In this document: in pieces, positions 17,225 to 25,680 of the stretch
Layout: the number at the start of each line of letters is the position of its first letter
Position numbering within the stretch: the stretch's first letter is position 1
From: a virus
Lineage: Duplodnaviria; Heunggongvirae; Uroviricota; Caudoviricetes
Length of the DNA stretch: 46,454 nucleotides
Strand: one strand, 5' to 3'
Virus record (IMG/VR): IMGVR_UViG_3300043024_000042
Made by a program: the position numbers and the translations under genes
Notes under the pieces: generated by a model
The model's database searches: none
The model's input: only the letters and a program-made list of their open reading frames with translations
Told to the model about the DNA's origin: nothing

Positions 17225-17313
17225 TCAAGATAGATGAGTTGATAGAGCGCATGGAGTACATGCCGCAGTATGACTTCATGCGCTCTTTGGTTATCGTGTT
17301 ATGGAACCTTTAG
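17221..17313 (+). CDS. Possible 30-aa peptide (MIKIDELIERMEYMPQYDFMRSLVIVLWNL)
   Basis: ATGA overlap with the upstream stop suggests translational coupling; overlaps the integrase 3' end by 15 nt. Confidence 0.45.
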   Translation: MIKIDELIERMEYMPQYDFMRSLVIVLWNL

Positions 17314-18546
17314 CACGAGGTCCAAGACAGCCCGCACTACCTTATCCACCCTGCTCCAGTCCTGGCGCACGTAAACGTCCGTGATTTTGAAAGGGCAGGA
17401 GTGGACGAGGCACATCGCCACATCCTCCATCGGAAAGCCGCAGTCATTGCGTGCGATGGTGGCGAAGGAGTGACGGGCCGTGTACATGGTGAGGTTTTCT
17501 ATCCCCACAAGTTCCCCGATTTTCTTTAACTGTTTGTTGAGTGCTAAGTTAAAACCGCTATAATTAGTATAAAGATTGTTAAAACATAAAAGATGTTCTT
17601 TCAGTGGGTCTTTGTATCTGTCGAGGTATGGCTGCAACTCCGGCTGTATCTCGATAGACATGAAGGATCCGTCCGCACGTTTCTTGCAGGTCTTGCTGCG
17701 GTTGTATTCCACCCGTCCGTCCTTTGCTGGCGCGCATTTGAAAAGGTCCACGGTGTTCATCCCGCACAGCATAAAGGATACGGCATACAAGTCTCGCGCC
17801 ATCTCCATGTGAAGGTTGTGCTCGGGTATCTTGCAGGTAATGATGGAGCGGATTTGTTCGGGAGATAGCGCGCGATGGTTTACCGGATTCTTCTTGGGCA
17901 TGTGATAGTTCACAAACGGATTGCAGCGGACCACAAGCACACCTCTATCCTCGTCATTGTACTTGCGCTTCGCCTCCTTGATAATCTTGGAGAAGATAAC
18001 CATGTATCCGCTGATACCCGAGCCTGTGAGTGGCCTGCCGGAGTGTATGCCTTTCTGCGTATACAGCCAATCCTCGAAGCGCAATACCATGCCGCTCGTG
18101 ATATTGTTGATGGGGCATCTGCGCGAACCAAGGAAAGCCTCGAAACGGTTGAGCATACACTTGTATGTGGTCGCGCGCAGCCTTCCCTCGGCAGTCATTT
18201 CCCCGATGATCCTATCTCCCTCGTCAAAGAAGTCCACGTCAATGGGCTTGTTCTCGAGCATGGCCTTCATGTGGTCGGCAAGGTCCCTGGCGGTGAACAG
18301 CGACACGCTGCGCCCGATTCTCACAAGTTCCTCCCTGATTTTAAGCACCTCCACAGTCACTCTGTCATATATTTTATTGCCTTTCTCCTTTAACGTGAAA
18401 TCCTTTTTGTTGATAAGGTTTTCGGGTACAAAATAGGGTGTTTGCAGATAGGCCGAGCTGCCTTTCTGCGAGATTCGTATCTTTACGTTCCAGGTACCAT
18501 CCTCCTTCATCTGGTGGCGAAGCACCACCGCTTTTACTGTTGCCAT
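17299..18546 (-). CDS. int: Tyrosine recombinase / phage integrase (415 aa; likely start MATVKAVV at 18546)
   Basis: N-terminal arm-binding-like region (NVKIRISQKG); catalytic-domain motifs SFMLCGMNTVDL, ARHSFATIA, LVHS and TDVY. Confidence 0.93.
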   Translation of the reverse strand: MATVKAVVLRHQMKEDGTWNVKIRISQKGSSAYLQTPYFVPENLINKKDFTLKEKGNKIYDRVTVEVLKIREELVRIGRSVSLFTARDLADHMKAMLENKPIDVDFFDEGDRIIGEMTAEGRLRATTYKCMLNRFEAFLGSRRCPINNITSGMVLRFEDWLYTQKGIHSGRPLTGSGISGYMVIFSKIIKEAKRKYNDEDRGVLVVRCNPFVNYHMPKKNPVNHRALSPEQIRSIITCKIPEHNLHMEMARDLYAVSFMLCGMNTVDLFKCAPAKDGRVEYNRSKTCKKRADGSFMSIEIQPELQPYLDRYKDPLKEHLLCFNNLYTNYSGFNLALNKQLKKIGELVGIENLTMYTARHSFATIARNDCGFPMEDVAMCLVHSCPFKITDVYVRQDWSRVDKVVRAVLDLVLKVP

Positions 18547-18585
18547 ATTTTTAACAATTATGTTGTAAAAGTCCGATTCGATTTT

Positions 18586-18800
18586 CGTAAAACATTTGTA
18601 AATGTGATATTCATATATTGCACGATTATCATGCAATATGACATAGATTAAATTTTGCTAAATGTCAGTGCGACTGATTATAAGCTAAATACCACATTTT
18701 CAGTGTTCACGGTATCATAATCTGTTACTTAGTTTCTATTGTATTATAAATCAGTTAGTTGCTAATTTCTTAAAAGTTATCGTAAATCATTTGTAAATGT
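18586..18800. other. Candidate attP
   Basis: 20-bp direct repeats CGTAAA(A/T)CATTTGTAAATGT at 18586 and 18781 (19/20 identical) flank an inverted pair ACTGATTATAA (18673) / TTATAAATCAGT (18744) in AT-rich DNA next to the integrase. Confidence 0.55.
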
Positions 18801-18801
18801 T

Positions 18802-19518
18802 CTATATAACTTCCTCGTCCACCTTGCGCTTTACCTTGTAGATAGCCCGGATGTCGCTGCGCTGCACATTGAACTGCCCGAACTTGGTATTGTCCGATGA
18901 GAGGATCAGCGAGTTGGACGTGAAGAGATTGTTGGCCAGCACACGCTTTATCACCATCTGCTTGCCGTAAACCACAATGACCACTCCACTCACATACTCC
19001 CACATGGATTCAAGAACCCTCTCGGCAAGCACCTTGCTCCCATTCAGGATGGACGGGTACATGCTGTCTCCCGTAACCTCGAACACGGCAAACTCGCCTG
19101 ATTTCAAATCCTCCCCGTGATGGGCCACGATAGGGTAGGTATCATCATCGTGATTCTCCGCTCCGTACAAGCTCTCGACAAAGGTAGCGGATGCCTTTGC
19201 CGTGATGAACTTGATGGGGACGGATGTCTCGAGGGTGGCCTTGGCGGCTCTCTTCTTTATCACCTCCATCACATCGGGAGGGTTCTGGTAATCCCCATTA
19301 CCGATAAACATGGGACCCTCACCCTCCATCAGATATTCCTTGCTTACCTGCGGGAACACCTCGAAGAAGGGACCAAGTTTCCTTAGCGTCAGTTCGCACT
19401 CATTCGCGCTCCACCGGTATATGGTCGCGCGCGAGAGTAGCTTTAGTTTTGCGTGGAGTTCGTACTTGGATATCCCGAGTGCGTCCACAATCTTAAAAAA
19501 CCTTTCATTTCTGTTCAT
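18802..19518 (-). CDS. CI-like repressor (HTH plus S24 peptidase)
   Basis: N-terminal HTH-like region; VTGDSMYP with a downstream VIKRV Ser-Lys dyad pattern. Confidence 0.9.
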   Translation of the reverse strand: MNRNERFFKIVDALGISKYELHAKLKLLSRATIYRWSANECELTLRKLGPFFEVFPQVSKEYLMEGEGPMFIGNGDYQNPPDVMEVIKKRAAKATLETSVPIKFITAKASATFVESLYGAENHDDDTYPIVAHHGEDLKSGEFAVFEVTGDSMYPSILNGSKVLAERVLESMWEYVSGVVIVVYGKQMVIKRVLANNLFTSNSLILSSDNTKFGQFNVQRSDIRAIYKVKRKVDEEVI

Positions 19519-19550
19519 GGCCTATGATTTAGTATTTTTAACTTTTAAAA

Positions 19551-19582
19551 TTTGGCTGTTACATCAAACGGGACTATTTTTG
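19551..19582 (+). promoter_or_regulatory. Rightward promoter divergent from the repressor
   Basis: TTTG (19551) - 20 bp - TATTTTTG (19575). Confidence 0.65.
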
Positions 19583-19635
19583 CTCCCGTTTTCGCTCTGG
19601 TAATCCCAGAATGTTTCACTTTAAAATTAAAGTTC

Positions 19636-20505
19636 ATGGATGGATACGGCAATATAAACGTACCTCTCAAACTGTTGCAGCAGTATTGCAAGGTAAAGAA
19701 AGACAAGGAATTGCTTGCCTTTGCCCTCGGTATGAAGTTGCTATACCGCTCGTCCACCATGAAGGAAGTCACACGTCGCAAGGTCGCCAGCACGTTCCAC
19801 ATCGGAGCGGCCAAAGCGGGACGACTGATACGTTCCGCATACGAATCAGGTCTTTTCCGTCCCCATAACCGCATCCTCACAGCAATATGCTGGAAGGATA
19901 GGCTTATCAAGTGGGCCAAGAACGACTTCATGTACGAGAGCGACATGTGTGTAAAGTTTCACAAACAAGATTTTCAGGAGGGAAATTTCTCTCTTAAAAA
20001 TATCGTCCGGAAAATTGACGAGGCTCTAATCTTACAGCCAATAAACTACCATGAAGTTAGGGACGACGATAACTTTAGATGCTCATACCCAAAAGACAGA
20101 CGTTATGCGGGCATCCCTTATTCTTCATCATACAGGCAGTTGGGTAAGAAGGCTGGGCTTAGCCGTTATTCGGCGAGACGAGTGGTAAGGCGCATGGAAG
20201 CGGAAGGTACTCTTTCGGTACACACTTTCAAGCTGCGCTATGCGCTGCCGGTATGCACGAAGCAATCATTGGATGATTACTTCAAGACACACCATAACTG
20301 CTCGATAATTGTAAACCCGCATGACGGGACCGGTTGGACCAAGGAACCAACCAACTTCAAGATTACAGACGAGAGAGTCCGTGATCTGTACAAGCACGTT
20401 ATCTGGAATAACGAAAGACGCAAGAAACATTATGAAATGTCCGCAGAAGAAAAGCAGACTGAAATCATTCCCGACAGCAATGCCTGGTGGGATAAATTCA
20501 ACTGA
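19636..20505 (+). CDS. Hypothetical DNA-binding protein with two HTH-like segments (289 aa)
   Basis: RRKVASTFHIGAAKAGRLI and SYRQLGKKAGLSRYSARRVVRRM; very basic; start ATG 19636 follows the promoter. Confidence 0.6.
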   Translation: MDGYGNINVPLKLLQQYCKVKKDKELLAFALGMKLLYRSSTMKEVTRRKVASTFHIGAAKAGRLIRSAYESGLFRPHNRILTAICWKDRLIKWAKNDFMYESDMCVKFHKQDFQEGNFSLKNIVRKIDEALILQPINYHEVRDDDNFRCSYPKDRRYAGIPYSSSYRQLGKKAGLSRYSARRVVRRMEAEGTLSVHTFKLRYALPVCTKQSLDDYFKTHHNCSIIVNPHDGTGWTKEPTNFKITDERVRDLYKHVIWNNERRKKHYEMSAEEKQTEIIPDSNAWWDKFN

Positions 20506-20576
20506 TTTTTATGCTCGGTTTCAAATTGCCCCATTAATCTCCCCGCTCTCCTATAAGAGAGAGCATAAAGTTATAG

Positions 20577-20642
20577 GTGCGCGTATACACGTACACGTAT
20601 ATGCACGTACACGATCACGTTGCGTATGTACACGTATACGTG
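20577..20642. repeat. Alternating purine-pyrimidine tract
   Basis: 37 nt of perfect alternation (20577-20613) plus 22 nt (20621-20642), built from TACACG/CACGTA units. Confidence 0.9.
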
Positions 20643-20833
20643 AGAGAGTTGGGAGGGATAATGCTTAAAATTTTGCGCTTTGCGAAAATTGCATAACGAC
20701 ACAACGGTTTGACACTTGCTTCCGCTTAACCCTTTGTAGTAGGAGGTTTGGAGGTAGGGGAGTGGGTTGCCCTTGTGATTGCAGTTACCCCTTTTAAAGG
20801 GATAGTAGTCTTATCCAGTAGTGGGATACAGTA

Positions 20834-20895
20834 ACTCAGTTTGCAGTCATTTGTCCGTGTTTGGATACTACCATGCTGGCTACTCAGTTTGCAGT
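20834..20895. repeat. Direct repeat ACTCAGTTTGCAGT x2
   Basis: Identical 14-mers at 20834 and 20882. Confidence 0.85.
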
Positions 20896-20994
20896 GATTT
20901 ATCCCCCGCATCCTGTATACCTACACTACATGCAGGTTATTATATATACATACTACCCTGCGGGCCGCATTTTAACACTTCATCTTCCAAAACT

Positions 20995-21270
20995 CATTTT
21001 AAGCCGTTTTAAGCGACTTTCTCGCTTGAAATGATAACTTGTACCACTTCATCCTTAAAAATCAAAATTACGGCATTTCTGAAAGCGAGAGAGGTATCCT
21101 TTCGATATGTCAGTCCTCTTACTATTATCATCGGCTGTGATTAGAACTTAAATAAGTCAAAGGGCGCATTAGCGGTTTGGATGGGTCTGAAACGCATTTT
21201 AAGGCGATTTAAGCGACTTTCTGCTCTCGGACGATAACTTGTATACCTTTTGCTCAAAAACTCGAAATTC
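20995..21270. repeat. Imperfect ~75-bp direct repeat with 200-bp spacing
   Basis: CATTTTAAG(C/G)CG(T/A)TTTAAGCGACTTTCT-N10-GATAACTTGTA at 20995 and 21195. Confidence 0.85.
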
Positions 21271-21518
21271 GGGCTTGTTTGAAGTCCTTTCGATTTCAAA
21301 GTCGTATCCACGGCATATTATTCTCTCAAATCGCAATAAATGCCATTCATTCCATTCACTTCCTTTCACCTCTCCTGGATGAACAAAACCCTTTCCGGAT
21401 CGTTACCCAAAACGTGGTCGGAAGTTCCGCATACCCGCGCCATTGTCAGTGTGCTTCCACCCATTTAAATTCCTGATACTTAAAACATGTTGTAAAACAT
21501 ATTATTGTGTCGAACTTT

Positions 21519-21562
21519 GGGATTAAATTATTTGTTTAATCCCGAAAAATGAATTACCTTTG
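21519..21562 (+). promoter_or_regulatory. Early promoter overlapped by an operator-like inverted repeat
   Basis: TTTG (21531) - 20 bp - TACCTTTG (21555); GGGATTAAA-N7-TTTAATCCC (21519-21543) surrounds the -33 box. Confidence 0.6.
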
Positions 21563-21713
21563 TGGTGTTGTTAGGACGGAAAACCGCCCGGCAACGGTGC
21601 GAGACAAATGTGTTACAAAAATAGGATTAATATTTGGGATGGGCAAGTTTTTCCCGCGGGATTTTCGGCTCTTCGGTGTTAAACATTCCATCCCCCTTAA
21701 AACCCGGTTAAGG

Positions 21714-22040
21714 ATGATAGTAGCGATGAACGATGAGATTCTCGGTCGTCTTGTGGACCGGATTTTCCTCCTTGGGGTAAGGAAGGGGGAGATAGACAGC
21801 GGCAAGCGTCCCGCGTATATCTCCAAGAACAAGGCTTACCTCCAGTACGGGAGGGCGAGTGTGGATAAGTGGATTAGGTCAGGCATCGTCAGTGCGGGTC
21901 AGGATATTGAACCCGGAAAGAAAAGGACGATCGTCAGACTGAGTGTGATAGAGCTGGAGGCCGCGGCTGTGAAGTGCAACATCCTTCATGGCCTGTCTCC
22001 GAACGATGAGAGCGAAATCAAGGCTCTCGCAACATTGTAG
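21714..22040 (+). CDS. Small DNA-binding protein, excisionase-like
   Basis: YISKNKAYLQYGRASVDKWIRSG resembles a MerR/Xis-type HTH; first gene after the promoter. Confidence 0.5.
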   Translation: MIVAMNDEILGRLVDRIFLLGVRKGEIDSGKRPAYISKNKAYLQYGRASVDKWIRSGIVSAGQDIEPGKKRTIVRLSVIELEAAAVKCNILHGLSPNDESEIKALATL

Positions 22041-22043
22041 GCG

Positions 22044-22169
22044 ATGAATTTCTCTTGCTATTTTGTAGTCGCCGCGATTAGTTCTTTGGTATACTGGAAA
22101 TATGAGGGTCGGTCGCTTACCCTAATGATGCAAATCTCGTCGAGAGAGGACATAAGCGGCATCGTGTAA
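22044..22169 (+). CDS. Possible 41-aa hydrophobic peptide
   Basis: ATG 3 nt after the upstream stop; hydrophobic N-terminus YFVVAAISSLVYW. Confidence 0.35.
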   Translation: MNFSCYFVVAAISSLVYWKYEGRSLTLMMQISSREDISGIV

Positions 22170-22770
22170 CGAGCGTGTGAAAGGGAGGCTGGCAGATAGC
22201 CACACGTAAAGCACCATGAAAAACAACGTATGTTTAAACTAAGCAGCCGTATGGCGGCTGTAAAGATTATGATAACGCATAGATGCTTAGCATACAACAT
22301 ATTCCCCGTGCCTGCCTTATGAGGTAGGAGTAACGTAAACACCGGAACACGCGCGGGGGCAACCGGCAGGCCACGGCCTTCGTGGTCATTAAGGAGGGAC
22401 GTAACATTAGGAACGAATCTGCCGGGCGAAATTTGCGAGCCACGGAATCGGTGGTCTTATGATAAGCGATTCTGTTTTGACCGTCTCACATTCGTGTGAC
22501 ACTCCTGAAACTTTGGCCGAATCGCAAGGAATTATGGATGATATTAAGTTTGACATTGACGACTTCTTCAAGATTCCGCACGTACAACTCGTGGCAATGA
22601 CCGCTGGAGGTCGCGGAATCACGAACATCGTAAATTATTTCCATTATCAAGCGGCAAGCGGATTCGGGTACGCAGTGTAACGCTGTACGATACGGACTGC
22701 CGCTGGTAAAGTAGAAGAGTGAAAATTATTAGGATTGTGCCTTGTATGGTGCGTGAGCATAGTCGGGCAT
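22170..22770 (+). ncRNA. Candidate structured non-coding RNA region
   Basis: About 600 nt without a convincing long ORF; dense hairpins including TCACA-TTCG-TGTGA, and GATTCCGC/GCGGAATC closing a three-way junction. Confidence 0.35.
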
Positions 22771-22787
22771 TTTATTTGTTTTTATCT

Positions 22788-24044
22788 ATGGTTGAATTAA
22801 GAGACTATCAGATGGAGATAGCGCAGAAGGCATGTGCTACCCTCATCAACCTCGGAATCGTCTATTTGGCGATGGAGGTCAGGACAGGCAAGACACTGAC
22901 CGCGCTGGCAACAGCGGAGATGTTCGGTGCGAAGAGAGTTTTGTTCGTGACAAAGCTCAAAGCCGTTCCGTCCATTCAGGACGACTATACAAAATCGGGG
23001 GTTACGTTCTTCATGGATGTGACCAACTACGAGAGATTGCAGAAATGCTCCGATGATTACGACCTGTTCATTGTGGACGAGGCTCACACCATCGGCGCTT
23101 TCCCCAAGCCGAGCCAGCGCACCAAGATGCTAAAGGAGCTGGTCGGCTCGAAACCGCTTGTGCTTCTTAGCGGCACACCCACCCCGGAGAGTTATTCGCA
23201 GATATTCTTCCAGTTCTGGGTAAGTGACAATTCCCCCTTCAAGGATATCTGCGGGAACGGTACCTTGGCTTTCTACAAGTTTGCCAAGCAGTTCTGCGAC
23301 ATCAAGCAGAAGAAGGTGAACGGATATATAGTCAATGACTACTCTCAGGCCCGCGAGGAAGAGGTCAAGGCGGTCACTGATGCGTACATGATATCCTATA
23401 CGCAGAAAGAGGCCGGGTTTGATGTGTCGATCAACGAGCATATCCTGGAGTGCAAATCCAATTCCGAGACGGAGTATATCTTTAAGAAACTGAAAAAGGA
23501 GCGCTGTGTGAACGATATGTACACGGGCCTTCAAATCCTTGCCGACAAACCCGCTGTCCTGCTTACAAAGCTGAATCAGATAACGGGCGGTACGGTTATT
23601 GACGCGACGGAGACCCCGCGTATCATCGACCCCTTCAAGGCAGTAGCCATTGCCGAGAAGTTCAAGGGCCAGCGCATCGCCATTTTCTACGTATACCAAA
23701 GCGAGAAGAAACTGCTTCTCGACTATTTCAAGGACGAGGTTACGACAGTTCCCGAGGATTTCCAGGAGGGGAAGTCGAGGGTGTTTGTCGGCCAGGTCCG
23801 TTCTGTAAGAGAGGGTGTCCGTCTCGACAAGGCCGATGCCATCATCTATTATTCCATGGAGTTCTCCTACCTTTCCTACGAGCAAGGACGCAACAGACTT
23901 GTATCCAAGGAGAGACAAAAGCCTGCGGATGTTTGGTTCGCGGTCTCGCAGATGGGACTCGAATCAAAGATTCTTGAAGCGGTGCATGACAAGAAGGACT
24001 TCACATTGTCATACTATAACCGACACCAAGACCTGCGTGAGTGA
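22788..24044 (+). CDS. SF2 (SNF2/DEAD-like) helicase
   Basis: MEVRTGKT (motif I), IVDEAH (II), LSGTP (III), YEQGRNRL (VI). Confidence 0.9.
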   Translation: MVELRDYQMEIAQKACATLINLGIVYLAMEVRTGKTLTALATAEMFGAKRVLFVTKLKAVPSIQDDYTKSGVTFFMDVTNYERLQKCSDDYDLFIVDEAHTIGAFPKPSQRTKMLKELVGSKPLVLLSGTPTPESYSQIFFQFWVSDNSPFKDICGNGTLAFYKFAKQFCDIKQKKVNGYIVNDYSQAREEEVKAVTDAYMISYTQKEAGFDVSINEHILECKSNSETEYIFKKLKKERCVNDMYTGLQILADKPAVLLTKLNQITGGTVIDATETPRIIDPFKAVAIAEKFKGQRIAIFYVYQSEKKLLLDYFKDEVTTVPEDFQEGKSRVFVGQVRSVREGVRLDKADAIIYYSMEFSYLSYEQGRNRLVSKERQKPADVWFAVSQMGLESKILEAVHDKKDFTLSYYNRHQDLRE

Positions 24045-24285
24045 GAAAATCTTAGAATCGAAAGTACAGGAGAAAATTGTCAAGAGATACAAGAAGGAAG
24101 GCTGGACAGTGGTGAAAATCATACTGTGCAGCCTTTCCGGTTTCCCGGACCTTATGTGTCTGCGTGATGGAATGGCGCTCTTCATCGAGGTGAAGCGTCC
24201 GGGCGAGCGTCCGCGTCCCTTGCAGATATTCGTCCATGACATGCTCCGCAGATGTGGATTTGAGGTACTTGTTTTGGACGAATGA
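24037..24285 (+). CDS. VRR-NUC domain nuclease
   Basis: LESKVQEKI...GFPDL...FIEVKRPG...RPLQ; GTG start overlaps the helicase stop. Confidence 0.88.
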   Translation: MSEKILESKVQEKIVKRYKKEGWTVVKIILCSLSGFPDLMCLRDGMALFIEVKRPGERPRPLQIFVHDMLRRCGFEVLVLDE

Positions 24286-25250
24286 GGCGGAAGGCGATAT
24301 TCTATGAGACGGGAGGTTACTGGCTGTGCCTTGCCAAGCAAGCGTGCCAGCTCAGATACTACTATTACGATATGGTATGGCTTCCGCGATACTATTCTCT
24401 TTGCATCACTCCCTTTATGGACTTTTGGACGGTAGCGGAGCGCAAGAAGTGCATGGACCATCCTCTCTATCGTGACATTCCTATCCTGGAATATCACAAG
24501 CAGGATGTGGAGATAGCGGCAGTGCTTGCCGCATGGGTGAATTTCGGCAAGAAAAAACTCATGCCGCAGAAATGCGTGGACGTAAGGAAAATCCTTACCG
24601 ATCATCCATACAACTCTCTGATGTGGCAGGACTACCGCTACTGGCGGTACAATGTGCTTGACATCTGCTTTTCCCGGTATATCTATCAAGACCTTATTGA
24701 CCTTTACGACAGGCTTTGGAGAATCTACAAAAAGCACGGAGACCTCGAAACCGCCGTTTCCTTTGCCATGCGGGTAAGAAAAGTGGATCATGTGCAGGCC
24801 TTCCTCCTTCTCTTTGAGGGAATCAAGGGATTCCAGCCGTGCAAGGATACGCTGTACCGCGTCAATATGCTGTTCCGGTGGCTCGTGCTTGGATATAAGG
24901 TGGATCTTGGAATTTGGAAGTGTGTGGATCCGAAAGACCTTCACGTCTGTGTCAAGGCTTCCGATGTCAGATATCTTCCAAAGTTGCCTCCCCTTAAGAA
25001 TCTTAAGCTCGACAGCAAGGACTTGCAGGAGGTTGTGGATAGGACGTCGAGAGATTATTTTCCGCGCTGCCCTTCCATTATGGATTATCTCATCAGGTTT
25101 TATTCCATTGGCGGACTTCTTGGAAAGACGAAGATACCGCACAATGTGGCCAGGAGGTCTTATTCTACTTTCGTCTCAGCTCTTGTTGGCAGGAACGAGA
25201 ATGGAGTCCCCTACAAACCGTACAGACGAATCGTTAGTAATTCCATATAA
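24282..25250 (+). CDS. DUF2400 / TIGR02757-like protein (divergent)
   Basis: DVEIAAVLAAWVNFGK, RVNMLFRWLV, VDLGIWKCVDPKDL; the start may be further downstream. Confidence 0.6.
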   Translation: MRRKAIFYETGGYWLCLAKQACQLRYYYYDMVWLPRYYSLCITPFMDFWTVAERKKCMDHPLYRDIPILEYHKQDVEIAAVLAAWVNFGKKKLMPQKCVDVRKILTDHPYNSLMWQDYRYWRYNVLDICFSRYIYQDLIDLYDRLWRIYKKHGDLETAVSFAMRVRKVDHVQAFLLLFEGIKGFQPCKDTLYRVNMLFRWLVLGYKVDLGIWKCVDPKDLHVCVKASDVRYLPKLPPLKNLKLDSKDLQEVVDRTSRDYFPRCPSIMDYLIRFYSIGGLLGKTKIPHNVARRSYSTFVSALVGRNENGVPYKPYRRIVSNSI

Positions 25251-25319
25251 ATGAACCGACTGTGACGATTTCATAGTATTAAATTCATAGTATTTATAAT
25301 TTAGTTAAGAGTTATTGTG

Positions 25320-25446
25320 CGTCTCCGTCCGTGAGGATAGGGACGTTTTAGTATGGTTGTTGTATTTGTTTATTTGGATTTGAGTCATATAACACAATAT
25401 TAGTTTATGTTGGACCGCTTTGGTTCGTGAGAATAAGGCGGTTTTT
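25320..25446 (+). terminator. Two C-GTGA-G tetraloop hairpins; the second has a T-tract
   Basis: CGTCTCCGTCC-GTGA-GGATAGGGACG and ACCGCTTTGGTTC-GTGA-GAATAAGGCGGT-TTTT. Confidence 0.6.
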
Positions 25447-25482
25447 CTCTTAGTGAATTCTTAGCATTATATATTCTTAGCA

Positions 25483-25680
25483 ATGAAAAACAAGTATCTT
25501 ATTAAAGCTATTCAGGTCGTGTACCCGAACGGTGTGCATGACAAGATTGTTCTCCAGACACCCGTTATGGTGGACGATTTGGAGAAGTTCCGCACCGAGC
25601 AGCGCAAGCTTCATAATTGCTCTGCGGTGAACCTAACCTATACTGAGAAAGATGAACGAAAAACTTCGCAAAGCACTTGA
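25483..25680 (+). CDS. Hypothetical protein (65 aa)
   Basis: ORF after an AT-rich leader, overlapping the next gene. Confidence 0.6.
   Translation: MKNKYLIKAIQVVYPNGVHDKIVLQTPVMVDDLEKFRTEQRKLHNCSAVNLTYTEKDERKTSQST

Noticed and set aside
17299-18636. Integrase start at 18636 as given in the ORF track
   Set aside because: The extra 30 codons are AT-rich and overlap the attP-like repeats; MATVKAVV at 18546 is the more typical start.
20820-21270. Repeats as a CRISPR mini-array
   Set aside because: Only two copies of each unit, with irregular spacing (48 and 200 bp) and no uniform spacer length.
22500-22700. tmRNA or tRNA in the structured leader
   Set aside because: No acceptor-stem ends, T-loop or CCA, and no tag peptide ending in AA. 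I found no tRNA anywhere in the window by eye.
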